DNA from: an uncultured delta proteobacterium
Lineage (GTDB): Bacteria > Desulfobacterota > Desulfomonilia > Desulfomonilales > Desulfomonilaceae
NCBI GenBank assembly: GCA_963789265.1
Contig: CAWBKB010000001.1
Coordinates: forward strand, 1,920,001-1,984,000
Length of the DNA stretch: 64,000 nt
Direction: 5' to 3'
Position 1 is the first letter of the stretch; each line of letters begins with the position of its first letter. The notes beneath the pieces were generated by a model. The model was not told where the DNA came from. It searched no databases and saw nothing but the letters and a program-made list of their open reading frames with translations. Positions 29,919-44,185 of this stretch are shown here, piece by piece. Made by a program: the position numbers and the translations under genes.

Positions 29919-31307
29919 ATGAATTTCAATTCTGCAGGAACCTCCAATGTCACGGGCCTCGCGATTTATCCAATGTTTGTTCGAGTCTTTCTGCGAGCCC
30001 TCAGCCTTATGCTCGATCCGAACAATCGCGCCGTCAGGAAAGGAAGGGGACTCAGTGTAGGAGACACTCTTTTTAACTTTGTGAAGTTGTCCTTTCTTGA
30101 GACCACAGTTTTGAAGTATCGCCACATGGTACGGTTCGGTGATGCCGTCATGCTGGACAGCACCTTCCCGCCCTTCCCTTCCCGGGCATTTGACAAAAGG
30201 ATCTCAAATTACCTTAATAATCTGGACCTAACGCAACTTCCATCGGGGATCGTCTCCATTTCCACAACGAACTGCTGCCCCTACTCATGCGCATTCTGTT
30301 CCACCAACGCACGCCACAACACAGAGACGGATCTGGACGAGGAATTGCTGAAAAAGACCATACGCCAGGTCGAGGATTTGGGTGTCCCCACCGTCATTCT
30401 GCACGGCGGGGAGCCTATGTTCCGCTACGACCGCTTTCTGAGGCTTGTGAAGAGCGTTAGTAACGAGACCTGTTTGTGGATGTTTACCACAGGCTATGGG
30501 GTCACCCCTGAAAGAGCTTTGGAACTCAAAGCGAACGGCCTGTTCGGCGCCTGGGTGAGCTTGGATCACTATAAACCTGAGGTTCACAATCGGCTCAGAG
30601 GCCATCCGGCAGCCTTTGACAATGCGTGCAAGGCCGTGGAAAGTTTCAAGAAGGCAGGCGTTTACACCTGCCTCTCGTTGGTCCCCCCGGAGGACCTGCA
30701 GGATCCGAAGAATTTTAGAGAATATTATGACTTTGCGCGAGATCTTGGAGTTGCAGAGATTCGAGTCATGGAAGTGAAGCCCTCCGGACGTGAAGCCTGC
30801 CGAGGAGTGATATCTCATAGCCCAGTCCTAGCGCAATTGCAGCAAGACCTGTACAGAGATCCGGCATATCGCTCGCACCCGCCCCTCAGCGGGCTCTCAA
30901 CTTGGCTTGAAAAGGATCCGGCACTGGGATGCCAGTGTCGCTTTGAATATCTGTTCGTCACCTCGACCGGCGAGGTCCAGCCTTGCGAAGCAACGGAAAT
31001 ATCCTTTGGGAATATACAGGAGGAAGATTTCCTCGAGATTTACACACGGGCCTGCAAAGCCTTTCCAAGACCTTCAACCGGTTGTATCCCGATGGTTATG
31101 TACCCTGAAGTCAGAAACTTTCACGAGGTTAGAGAAGAACTTTCCTCGCCTGAAAGATCCGAGCTTTCGACAAAGATAATGCAAGGCTTCCAAGAAAAGG
31201 GCGCCATCCCGGGAGCGTATAGAGCAATCTGGTCTGTGTACGAGAAGCGCCTCCGAGCATATCAGCTCCGCCTCGCGGGCCAAACCGCGAGGCCGGGGGG
31301 CCGTTGA
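29919..31307 (+). CDS. Radical SAM enzyme with C-terminal SPASM/twitch-like Cys motif
   Basis: CPYSCAFC (CxxxCxxC), GGEP, SLD; CQC...VTSTGEVQPC...FGNI. Confidence 0.88.
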   Translation: MNFNSAGTSNVTGLAIYPMFVRVFLRALSLMLDPNNRAVRKGRGLSVGDTLFNFVKLSFLETTVLKYRHMVRFGDAVMLDSTFPPFPSRAFDKRISNYLNNLDLTQLPSGIVSISTTNCCPYSCAFCSTNARHNTETDLDEELLKKTIRQVEDLGVPTVILHGGEPMFRYDRFLRLVKSVSNETCLWMFTTGYGVTPERALELKANGLFGAWVSLDHYKPEVHNRLRGHPAAFDNACKAVESFKKAGVYTCLSLVPPEDLQDPKNFREYYDFARDLGVAEIRVMEVKPSGREACRGVISHSPVLAQLQQDLYRDPAYRSHPPLSGLSTWLEKDPALGCQCRFEYLFVTSTGEVQPCEATEISFGNIQEEDFLEIYTRACKAFPRPSTGCIPMVMYPEVRNFHEVREELSSPERSELSTKIMQGFQEKGAIPGAYRAIWSVYEKRLRAYQLRLAGQTARPGGR

Positions 31308-31615
31308 GACGCGTTGCCATGTCTGGCAGAGCGTGATGGGCAATCCAGCGTTCCGAGCGGGGTGCATCGTCGCTAAATCATTCTTCTTTTCCAGCCCATT
31401 TGTGTGGGATTTGCTAGGGCCCGATCCGGGAGCCACGCGGACAGTGTTGATTGTGGGAGATGGTCAGTACCGTGGGCGGTAGATCTCGTTTTCACGGTTG
31501 GTTGCGAAGAGATATTGAATTATTGCTTGAAGCAATCGGCGGTCTGTGTTAAGCATATAGTGGCTGACATGGTTCGGACCCACAAGGGGTCAGTTCCCGG
31601 CAATTTGGAGGTAAC

Positions 31616-32125
31616 ATGCTCGGATTCAAAAAACCGAAAACTGATGCTGTAAGCGGATTTCTGGGTTCCCAAACTGAGTTTACAGGTAAACTTGCTTTTT
31701 CCGGAATAGTGCATCTTGACGGTAGCTTCAACGGCGAAATTATCAGCAGAGGCACGCTTGTTGTGGGGAGCGATTCGATAGTACATGCCCAAATTCACTC
31801 CAATGTTCTGAAAATATCGGGCGAAGTTCGCGGTGACGTCACCGCTACCGAAAAAATTGAATTATATCCGCCCGCCAAGGTCTACGGCAATATCTCCACC
31901 CCCAGTCTGGTCGTGGAGGAGGGCGTTATTTTCGAAGGGACGTGCAGCATGTCCTCCGCCAGGGCCGAAATGCCGTCAATTTCTGAGACCGTTCAGGAGT
32001 CCTCGAGTGATGAAGAGCCGCTAGAGGCTATCTCCGCGCAGGCGTGGCCGCCATCTTACGGGGAAAGCGACAGTCTGACCCAAGATGTCTCCCATGATAG
32101 TTCTCTGCACAAACTTGACCGATAA
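31616..32125 (+). CDS. Bactofilin (polymer-forming cytoskeletal protein)
   Basis: FTGKLAF...DGSFNGEI...GEVRGDVTATEKIEL...GNI...LVVEEGVIFEGTC. Confidence 0.92.
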   Translation: MLGFKKPKTDAVSGFLGSQTEFTGKLAFSGIVHLDGSFNGEIISRGTLVVGSDSIVHAQIHSNVLKISGEVRGDVTATEKIELYPPAKVYGNISTPSLVVEEGVIFEGTCSMSSARAEMPSISETVQESSSDEEPLEAISAQAWPPSYGESDSLTQDVSHDSSLHKLDR

Positions 32126-32186
32126 TCCGCTACTTTCCGCAGTTATTCCTGCCTCTCGGATGCTCTCCCCCCCGGAGAAAAAGATC

Positions 32187-32215
32187 TTGACACGTCCGGG
32201 GTGGGGTGTTACTAT
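32187..32215 (+). promoter_or_regulatory. Sigma-70 promoter for the atp operon
   Basis: TTGACA-N17-TACTAT. Confidence 0.7.
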
Positions 32216-32357
32216 GCGCATTCATTCTTAATTTGGGTCTCAGACAACATCCTTTTTCAACAAAATCAGATAGTTGTAAGTCAAGTGGCTGGTGGGTTCC
32301 GACGTCCGGAGGAAGCCGGACTATTGTAAAACTTTGCTAATCCGGGAGAATACGTCA

Positions 32358-32786
32358 GTGATACAACTAAATATCACTCTTTTCATCCAGGTGATCAATT
32401 TCCTTGTTCTCTTAGTCCTTTTGGATATCCTGCTTTACAAGCCCGTGATGGCTAAGATACGGGAAAGAGAAGCCCAGATCCGCAAAGACCAGGAAAAAGC
32501 TACTGAACTGGAGCAAAAGGTTCTGGATCAAGAGAACCGGCATCAGCAAGAACTTGCCAAGGCTAGGCAGACGGCAGCCGAAGAAAAAGTGGCTCTTTTA
32601 GCGGAGGCTAAGAAGAAAGAAGCACATGCCCTTGAGAAAGCCCGAACTGAAGCTTCCCGCATCGTCGACGACATGAAAGCTTCAATTCAGACGGACGCAG
32701 AGGAAGTCCGGAAGAGCTTGAAGGCTCAAATGACTCCTCTTGCTCTGTCAATTACCGAAAAGGTCCTGGGGAGGGCGATCTCATGA
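32358..32786 (+). CDS. atpF: ATP synthase F0 subunit b'
   Basis: LNITLFIQVINFL..L..LLYKP TM helix followed by coiled coil; first of two b genes. Confidence 0.88.
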   Translation: MIQLNITLFIQVINFLVLLVLLDILLYKPVMAKIREREAQIRKDQEKATELEQKVLDQENRHQQELAKARQTAAEEKVALLAEAKKKEAHALEKARTEASRIVDDMKASIQTDAEEVRKSLKAQMTPLALSITEKVLGRAIS

Positions 32787-33354
32787 AGGTTTTTAAGAAG
32801 GCACCGCTCTTATTGCTTCTGTTTCTCGTGCTCTTTGCAAGTACAGCCTTAGCCGCCGAAGAGCCGTCTGGCGGGTCCTGGACCGCATGGATGATGCTCT
32901 GGAGAGTGATCGACTTCCTGGCATGCGTCGTGCTTATAGCATATTTTGTCAAGAAACCCCTTTCTAACTTCTTTTCCGAAAGACAGGCTCAGATTCGAAA
33001 AGACCTGGAGGATGCCCGAGAGCAGCGCGACCGGGCTGAGCGAACAATCGGAGAGTATGAAAAGAAGATAAGCCAAATGGAACAAGAGCTCGAGAAGATG
33101 CGCGGAGAGTTGCGTAAAGCCGCGGATGCCGAGAGCGTAAAGGTTGTCTCCAATGCCGATAGAATGGCTACAAGCATGATCGAGGCCGCAAGACTGGCCG
33201 CAGAGCAGGAAGTCCGCAAAGCCAGGATTGCTCTAAGAAATGAGTCGGTGGACCTTGCGGTGAAATTGGCCGAGTCGCTCATTCGAGAGAAGATAAACGA
33301 AGACGACCGCAAGAGGATTGTAGAAGAATACCTCGTTAAGGTCGGGGGTATAAA

Positions 33355-33358
<4 letters not shown>
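32783..33358 (+). CDS. atpF: ATP synthase F0 subunit b
   Basis: WRVIDF...YFVKKPL.NFF.ER, coiled coil; ATGA overlap. Confidence 0.88.
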
Positions 33359-35427
<2,069 letters not shown>

Positions 35428-35490
35428 TCATTTTGTAGATGACGGCTGCACAAACATCTTCGTGACTCAGCCGTTGATATAGAGGTCGAT

Positions 35491-37864
<2,374 letters not shown>

Positions 37865-37877
37865 TGGGGAGAAGTCC

Positions 37878-38291
37878 ATGTCGGAAAAATTCAAAGTCGA
37901 ACTTGTGACCCCCACCAGGGTTGTGCTCGATCAGGAAGTTGAAGAAGTAATAGCACCGGGGATCATGGGTGAGTTTGGGGTCTTAATTGGCCACACACCC
38001 ATGCTGACGTTTATTAAACCCGGCACCCTCTCTTATCTCGAGAATGACAAGTTTACAAGGTTCGCTGTGGGAGAAGGCTTTTGCGAAGTCTTGGCTGACC
38101 GTGTGTCCGTGCTGGTTGATGAAGCTTACGCGGTTGAGGAATGCGAAGCCACAGCGATTACTTCGGAGATTCAGTCGCTCGAAGAGAGGCTCGTTGCACT
38201 GGATCCAGCAGCGGATCCTGAAGGTTACCGAAGATTGACCGGTAAGCTGAAGGTGGCCCGGGCCAAACTTTCCCTTTGCAGCGGAGGCTGA
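37878..38291 (+). CDS. atpC: ATP synthase F1 epsilon subunit
   Basis: LVTP, GEFGVL.GH.P, GFCEV...VSVL. Confidence 0.95.
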   Translation: MSEKFKVELVTPTRVVLDQEVEEVIAPGIMGEFGVLIGHTPMLTFIKPGTLSYLENDKFTRFAVGEGFCEVLADRVSVLVDEAYAVEECEATAITSEIQSLEERLVALDPAADPEGYRRLTGKLKVARAKLSLCSGG

Positions 38292-38323
38292 GTCAGTCCG
38301 GTTCTTCAGTAGCGATGAACATC

Positions 38324-38375
38324 AGGCCCTGGCCCGCTCGGCTTGCCGAATCTACCGGTCAGGGCCTTCTGTTTT
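38324..38375 (+). terminator. Possible intrinsic terminator after atpC
   Basis: AGGCCCTGGCC ... GGTCAGGGCCT stem followed by TCTGTTTT; the loop is long. Confidence 0.45.
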
Positions 38376-38448
38376 GGACACATTGTGGGGGCAGACATCT
38401 GAAAGTGTCTCAAAATCGAGGCATGAACGAAATTCATAGCACGAAATT

Positions 38449-38539
38449 CCCCCACCCTGCCCCTCTCCCAAAGGGCGAGGGCACTCTGATAGCTGCCTTG
38501 ATACAACTCCCTCTTCCTCTGGGAGGGCTGGGGTGAGGG
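38449..38539. repeat. CCCTCTCCC/GGGAGAGGG-type palindromic repeat doublet
   Basis: CCCCCACCCTGCCCCTCTCCCAAAGGGCGAGGG ... CCCTCTTCCTCTGGGAGGGCTGGGGTGAGGG in inverted orientation. Confidence 0.65.
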
Positions 38540-38651
38540 CACCGAAAAAGCCCACCAGCCTTAATCGTGCCACGATTCCGGGCATCAAAATCTTTTTAAG
38601 ACAATTCCATCTTGCCTGCTATTCGTTAGGCCGGACTTCGATCCGGGCTAT

Positions 38652-38681
38652 GTAGGGGCGGACACATGGGTCTGCCCCTAC
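38652..38681. repeat. GTAG-type REP palindrome
   Basis: GTAGGGGCGGACACATGGGTCTGCCCCTAC. Confidence 0.75.
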
Positions 38682-38912
38682 AATTGATGCCAGCGTACGC
38701 GGGTATGACGACATGCGAGGGCGAGTCTGCCCCCCTACCCTAAACACGGTGTCACTTGTTTGGAAACGAATCGGTATGACTCCTCTCAAGGACACAGTTG
38801 CACTGGAATTCGGGCACAACTGACGAAGTATCCAAAAAGCTTCTTGACTATTTGGGGTAAATAGATTAAGTAATGAATTCATAGAGTTGATGTTCAGCTT
38901 CAAACGGTGGTC

Positions 38913-39582
38913 ATGACCGATACCAAAGACGATCCCAGCCAGTTTAGCTGCCCGTATTCAGCCGGCGTGGAATTGGAACACGTCTTGAGCAAGGCCGAAG
39001 CCCTTATTGAAAGGGCCGATTTGGAGGAGGCACTGGAATTGCTCACGGTTGCGGAGAAGAGGTACGTGCGTGCGGCTAAGCTATTCGATTTGCTTGGTGA
39101 CGTACTCCTCCGATGCGACCGGATCGAAGAAGGGGTAAGGTACAAGACCCTTCATGAAGTGTTGAAGGGAACCTTCAGAATAGCGACTGACGAGGCTGCC
39201 GTGTGTGCGAGCCGTACCTCTAAGCATCGCAGATCCGGACCGCGCCGCCGACTCGCCGACCCAGCCGATCCGGCAAAGGTCTTGCTCCAATGTTGGCAAA
39301 GGAGGCAGTGTCCCTTGCAGAGACCCCGAAAAGGTGGTCGAGTCCGGTGATTTCGTGCCCTTGACTTCAGCAATGGGGCATGAATTTATGCGCCAAGGGC
39401 ATTTTGATCGCGCTTTGGAAATATTCACAGTTCTTGCCGCGAGGAACCCTGAAGACCGATCCTTAAATGAAGCCAAGGAGAAGGCTCGTAAGAAAAGCCG
39501 TCAATCTGCAATCCTGGAAGTGCTTCAACGCTGGCTGGGTAGGATTGAGCAAATGAAATCCAGTCGGCCCTCAGAAGCATGA
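38913..39582 (+). CDS. TPR-like protein; +1 frameshift (candidate site 39214-39218)
   Basis: Helical TPR-like segments in ORF 38907..39350 (LLGDVLL) and ORF 39205..39582 (MGHEFMRQGHFDRALEIF..L..RNP); ATGA overlap with the peptidase. Confidence 0.6.
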
Positions 39583-40664
39583 ATCCTCAGTTGTTTTCAC
39601 TTCACGAACGCCTGCCAGGGCTAGGGGTGGATGCACTCCTATTTAATACGTCTGAATTATTGTATTCCACCAACCTTCAGTACTTGAGCGGTTTCACCGG
39701 TTCGGACGCCACCGTGCTGTTGACTCGGACCGAACGCCACCTCTTCACGGACGGAAGATATAAGACGCAGGTGGGACAGGAAGCACAAGGCTTTCGCGTT
39801 CACGTGAGTCGCAATAAACTCGCATCGTTGGCCCGCATGATTACCACGGCTCGACTGCGCAAGCTTGGGATCGAATCATCTCGGGTCAGTTACGAATTTG
39901 TGGCTCACTTGCGGGACAGACTGCCGCAAGTCGAGGTCATCCCGTTGCGGCGCAGTTTTATTGAACGTCTTCGGGTGCACAAGACGGACGAGGAAAGGCA
40001 GAAGATTAGAGAAGCCGCTGCGATTGCCTCTTCAGCCTGCCGAAAGGTGATCGACGGAGGGCTTGTGGGCAAAAAAGAGACAGAGGTGGCCGGCGAGCTG
40101 GAGGCCCTTTTTCGGGGCGCAGGGGCCGAAGCTATAGCATTCGATACAATAGTTGCTTCCGGGGAGCGCAGTGCCTTGCCTCATGGAAAGGCATCAGAGC
40201 GTATTATCGGACCGAATCAGCCGGTCGTTATTGACTATGGGTGCCGCTTCCAGGGCTACAACAGCGATGAGACGGTCACGTGCGTCACCGGATCCCCTTC
40301 GTCGGAACTGGCCAGGATTCACCAGGCGGTGTATGATGCCCATAATAAGGCACTCGACTCGGCCAAAGTCGGCGTGCGTGCACGCGCTTTGGATGGTGTG
40401 GCAAGGGACTCCATCGAGAAGGCCGGCTATGGGCGGTACTTCCTTCACGGTTTGGGACATGGCGTGGGGATGGAGGTTCACGAACCCCCTTACCTGTCGC
40501 CGCGAGGTCGGGGAGTTCTCGAGGAAGGCATGGTTTTCACCATAGAGCCGGGGATTTATATTGAGGGCGTAGGAGGAGTTCGCCTGGAAAGCCTTGTATT
40601 CCTTGAACGAACAGGGCCCGAACTACTTTCCCGGATGTCCAAGGGTCTTATTGTTTGCGGCTGA
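39579..40664 (+). CDS. Xaa-Pro aminopeptidase / M24B peptidase
   Basis: YLSGFTG, TDGRY, SALPHG, IDYG, HGLGHGVGMEVHE, FTIEPGIY, GVRLE. Confidence 0.93.
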   Translation: MNPQLFSLHERLPGLGVDALLFNTSELLYSTNLQYLSGFTGSDATVLLTRTERHLFTDGRYKTQVGQEAQGFRVHVSRNKLASLARMITTARLRKLGIESSRVSYEFVAHLRDRLPQVEVIPLRRSFIERLRVHKTDEERQKIREAAAIASSACRKVIDGGLVGKKETEVAGELEALFRGAGAEAIAFDTIVASGERSALPHGKASERIIGPNQPVVIDYGCRFQGYNSDETVTCVTGSPSSELARIHQAVYDAHNKALDSAKVGVRARALDGVARDSIEKAGYGRYFLHGLGHGVGMEVHEPPYLSPRGRGVLEEGMVFTIEPGIYIEGVGGVRLESLVFLERTGPELLSRMSKGLIVCG

Positions 40665-40773
40665 CAGTCCAACCCGGCCGAAACTTGCAAGGAATTCGGC
40701 TGTCTCTATCCATAAAGTTCGGAGCTATCCAAAGTAAACTAATCATGATCATTCTTTGAGCAGGGGAGGACGT

Positions 40774-41334
40774 ATGTATTCAACTCCTGATTTTCGGAAG
40801 GGCCTCAAGATTGAGTTGAATGGAGAGCCCTTTATTATCGTAGATTTTCTCCATGTAAAACCGGGGAAGGGTGGTGCGTTTATCAGGACGACGTTAAAAA
40901 GCCTGATTAGCGGAAACGTCATAGACCGGACGTTCCGATCGGGTGAGAAAGTCGATAAGCCCGACCTCGAAGAAAAGGAAATGCAATATCTATATGAGAG
41001 CGAGGGCCAATTCCACTTTATGGATAGTGAAACGTACGAGCAATTGTTTCTCACCGAAGGGCAATTGGGAGACGCACTGAATTATCTCCAAGAAAATGTC
41101 ACAGTTACCGTACAGTTTCACAACGGCAAACCGATAGGCGTCGAGGTACCGATTTTTGTGGAACTGTCCGTGGCTTCCACTGAACCCGGGCTCAAAGGTG
41201 ACACGGCGGGCGGAGCCACGAAGCCGGCCACGCTGGAAACAGGGATGACCATACAGGTCCCGCTTTTCGTAAACGAAGGCGATGTATTGAAGATCGACAC
41301 GCGCACCGGGAAATATATCGAGAGGGTGCGATGA
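40774..41334 (+). CDS. efp: Elongation factor P
   Basis: HVKPGKGGAF, PG.KGDT, KPATLETG, VPLFV, DTRTG.Y..R. Confidence 0.97.
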   Translation: MYSTPDFRKGLKIELNGEPFIIVDFLHVKPGKGGAFIRTTLKSLISGNVIDRTFRSGEKVDKPDLEEKEMQYLYESEGQFHFMDSETYEQLFLTEGQLGDALNYLQENVTVTVQFHNGKPIGVEVPIFVELSVASTEPGLKGDTAGGATKPATLETGMTIQVPLFVNEGDVLKIDTRTGKYIERVR

Positions 41335-41697
41335 TCATATTTCTTGGACACAGTCAGCAGGCAACAGTTCACCGCGGAGAACGCAGAGACGGCCGAAAAA
41401 CCTATTTTTTCTGCGCGTCTGTGCAAAGGGGCAGGACGCATTCGGGCCTATACAGTGAGAGCAATGGCAACCTGACTTTGCGAGGCAAAGTGTAACACGC
41501 GGAGCTGAATGAAGTATTTTTCCTCTCTGCGTTCTGTGTTTACTGATTGCCCGCTAAGCGGCTGCGTAAAGTTCATGCCTCACCATAGCGGCCTGCATGA
41601 ACTGAATCCGATCTTGCATTCGTATCTATGATCGGGATCGTGCACAGGTCGCGGGTCTCACGCAGACCCAACAGATCAGCTCAAGAAGGAACGACCA

Positions 41698-43431
41698 ATG
41701 GATACCTTGGGCCTTGTAGTTCACGACGAACAGACTTTTCTTAACAAAGTCGTGAACAGCGGCACGGAACGGGGGATCTTTACCCGTGACAGAGCGGATG
41801 AGATCATTAGGATATCCGTGGCCATGGCCAACAAGTACGTCCTTCAGAAAGGCGTAGATTTTCGATCCACAGAGGAGTTGGTCAAAGTTCAGGAAACTAT
41901 CTTGAAGTTAATAGGAGTCGGCCTTGAGATCCGGAGTAAAGGCGAGGTAGAAACCGGCGTAGACCTGCTCATGGACGCGTCACCGGTAGATCTGTTCCGT
42001 TTGGCGTACACACGGGTGGAAAAGTTGCGTGACAGTTGGAGGTTGCTTCTTCGCGACCACAGTATCGAAATTCTCGTCAGCCCAGGCGAGTATCAATGCT
42101 TGGCCGACATCACCTGCCAGCGACTTTCCGAAATGAGCATCTTCACGGAATCGGAACTCCATTCTATCCGCTCCCTGACCTTGGATGACGAACTCTTTGC
42201 CACTCTCGGACTGGTCGAATACTATGAGACCGAGTTGGAGCAATATCAGTTCGGACTAAGACTCAAAGCAATCCTGCCCTTCAACTTGCTTAATCGGTCA
42301 GCCTCCGTTCGGGCAGAGAATCTGGCTGAAGTCGATTCCATAAGAAGCGCTCTCATAAGCACTCTAGTCATATCCTATTACGCTGAATCCGATGATCCGG
42401 TTGCAGTGACGATGCAAGACGTGCGCTATTTTCTGGCAGCGCTGGACCCTACCGGAACAACCGACCTTTTTCCCGAGGAACTCGAGAACGCGGTCGTGGA
42501 TGTTATACACGAATTGGGCGAAGGGCTTGACGAGCAGGAAGCTTCTCTTTTGGCCAAGGAGATTATAGGGACGGCTCACAACCTTCTGGAGACTGTAATT
42601 CAAGAATGGGATACTGCGAATTCCAAGTCGGAAAGTGTGTTCTTTAAGAGATGGTCCCGTCTCGTCATATTGGCGGACGCGCCGGATCCAATCAACCGCT
42701 TGCTCTCTTCGGATGAGCTGTTGGACGAATTCGATTTCGAGATGCTCCTCAATCAGCTTCTGAGCCTGCCGGAGAAAGACGCCTTCAAACTCATTGAAAA
42801 ACTGCCGTGGGATCGGATGCCGCCGGAGCAAATCATACGGATGTTTCACCAGGCACACTCCTATCAGGAAGTCTTTGCGAAGAACATCTTCTTGAGGGGT
42901 TTCAGTGCGGTGGAATTGCTGGAGCTCGTGGAAGCGGTTGACCATGAGGTTTTCGAGTATTTGACCCCAGCTCTCGAGAAATTTCTGGGCGAAACGTCTT
43001 TCAGCCTTGAAGATTTGGAGATCCTGGCCACCCTGCCCCATCCAGAGGCCGCGACCCTGCTTCGAATGGCAGTCCCCCCGGCCGAATATGATGCCAAGCG
43101 GGCCCTTGAAGAGTTCAGGGACGCGTCGGATACGGTTCGTCAGGTCTTGTTTCATTCTTGCATGCGAGCCGATTTCTTCCCACGGATTTTCGAGTTGGCG
43201 TGGTCACTAGACCCGAATTTTGTCAAACGTGAAGTGAAAACCATCCCGGCCCCGCGAATCGGTCAGTTTCTCCTTGCTGCGGGGGGCGATCACAGACCGA
43301 AGGTTGAAATCAAAAAGGAAAGTCGGGAAGGCAAGCTTCAGTTTCAGTCAAAGGACTTGAACAGCCTGTTCAGATCTCTTCCCGCGACCAAAAAGAAAGC
43401 CGCTGTGAAATTCTTCACCAAGGAATCGTGA
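41698..43431 (+). CDS. Hypothetical acidic alpha-helical protein (577 aa)
   Basis: Long uninterrupted ORF with AAGGA RBS and natural composition; no catalytic motif recognised. Confidence 0.8.
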   Translation: MDTLGLVVHDEQTFLNKVVNSGTERGIFTRDRADEIIRISVAMANKYVLQKGVDFRSTEELVKVQETILKLIGVGLEIRSKGEVETGVDLLMDASPVDLFRLAYTRVEKLRDSWRLLLRDHSIEILVSPGEYQCLADITCQRLSEMSIFTESELHSIRSLTLDDELFATLGLVEYYETELEQYQFGLRLKAILPFNLLNRSASVRAENLAEVDSIRSALISTLVISYYAESDDPVAVTMQDVRYFLAALDPTGTTDLFPEELENAVVDVIHELGEGLDEQEASLLAKEIIGTAHNLLETVIQEWDTANSKSESVFFKRWSRLVILADAPDPINRLLSSDELLDEFDFEMLLNQLLSLPEKDAFKLIEKLPWDRMPPEQIIRMFHQAHSYQEVFAKNIFLRGFSAVELLELVEAVDHEVFEYLTPALEKFLGETSFSLEDLEILATLPHPEAATLLRMAVPPAEYDAKRALEEFRDASDTVRQVLFHSCMRADFFPRIFELAWSLDPNFVKREVKTIPAPRIGQFLLAAGGDHRPKVEIKKESREGKLQFQSKDLNSLFRSLPATKKKAAVKFFTKES

Positions 43432-43441
43432 GAAATTATCA

Positions 43442-43780
43442 ATGAAAGCCGAGCGCTTTGAAAAAATGATGGACGGCATCAAGTGGGGTGAGGATTACCT
43501 AAAAGGCCTAGCAGAACCCTCTCGAAAGCATGCGGTATCCGTCAAGATACCCGACGTAAAGGGCATTCGCGGCAAACTCAAGGTGTCTCAGGGCGAATTT
43601 GCCTCGATGCTTGGTATCAGCGTACGGACTATTCAGAACTGGGAACAGAAGCGCCGAGTACCCGAAGGTCCGGCACGGGTCCTCCTGGAAGTGGCAGCAA
43701 GCTATCCGGATATGCTGCGTGAAGTGTCTCAGAGGATGTCGCAGAAAAGAGCAGAACAACGCGTCGACGCCAAGAACTAA
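43442..43780 (+). CDS. XRE/Cro HTH protein, HigA/NadS-like antitoxin family
   Basis: DVKGIR.KL.VSQGEFA.MLGISVRTIQNWEQ.RR.PEGPARVLL. Confidence 0.85.
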   Translation: MKAERFEKMMDGIKWGEDYLKGLAEPSRKHAVSVKIPDVKGIRGKLKVSQGEFASMLGISVRTIQNWEQKRRVPEGPARVLLEVAASYPDMLREVSQRMSQKRAEQRVDAKN

Positions 43781-43967
43781 TGCAGATCTTGACCCGCTGT
43801 GGGTAATCTCCGCTCTATGTCGATTGTAGCCTTAAGTCGATTTTTTCCCGTTTAGGCACCATTGGATCACTATTCAGTTACGCGGCGGAATTATCAATTC
43901 CCTGTCATGGCTAAGAGTGAAATCGCGCGTCCTGCATGAAAGCAATCCGCGCCTTGGTGCAGGAATT

Positions 43968-44071
43968 GTCATCCCGGCGTACGGCGCCTCGCGGGGCAGA
44001 CTGGACCCCGGATCAGAGTCCGGGGTGACGGCATCAAGCGCCGTAGGATGCTGGTGACACCGCATGGCATG
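43968..44071. repeat. GTCA-type palindromic repeat, copy 1 (homologous to 58843-58957)
   Basis: GTCATCCCGG ... CTGGACCCCGGATCAGAGTCCGGGGTGAC; 44001-44071 matches 58887-58957 at 64 of 71 positions by manual count. Confidence 0.8.
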
Positions 44072-44185
44072 TCTGGGTGCCACGGATCTGGGCTTTGTCA
44101 GATCCGTGCCGGATTTAGTCGAATCTTCACGGTTTGATCGCGCATCGGCGTACCGCTCGGGCTCAAACCCGGCCCGCACTACCAA

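Noticed and set aside
41570..41669. Hairpins upstream of the 577-aa gene as an ncRNA
   Set aside because: The short stems (AGTTCATGC/GCATGAACT, GGGTCT/AGACCC) lie in a repeat-rich spacer and match no family I can recognise.
44150..44184. tRNA-like 3' end (GGGCTCAAACCCGGCCCGCACTACCA)
   Set aside because: There is no TTC T-loop, D-arm or acceptor-stem partner. The reverse strand starts GGTAG followed by a hairpin, which fits a REP-like palindrome better.
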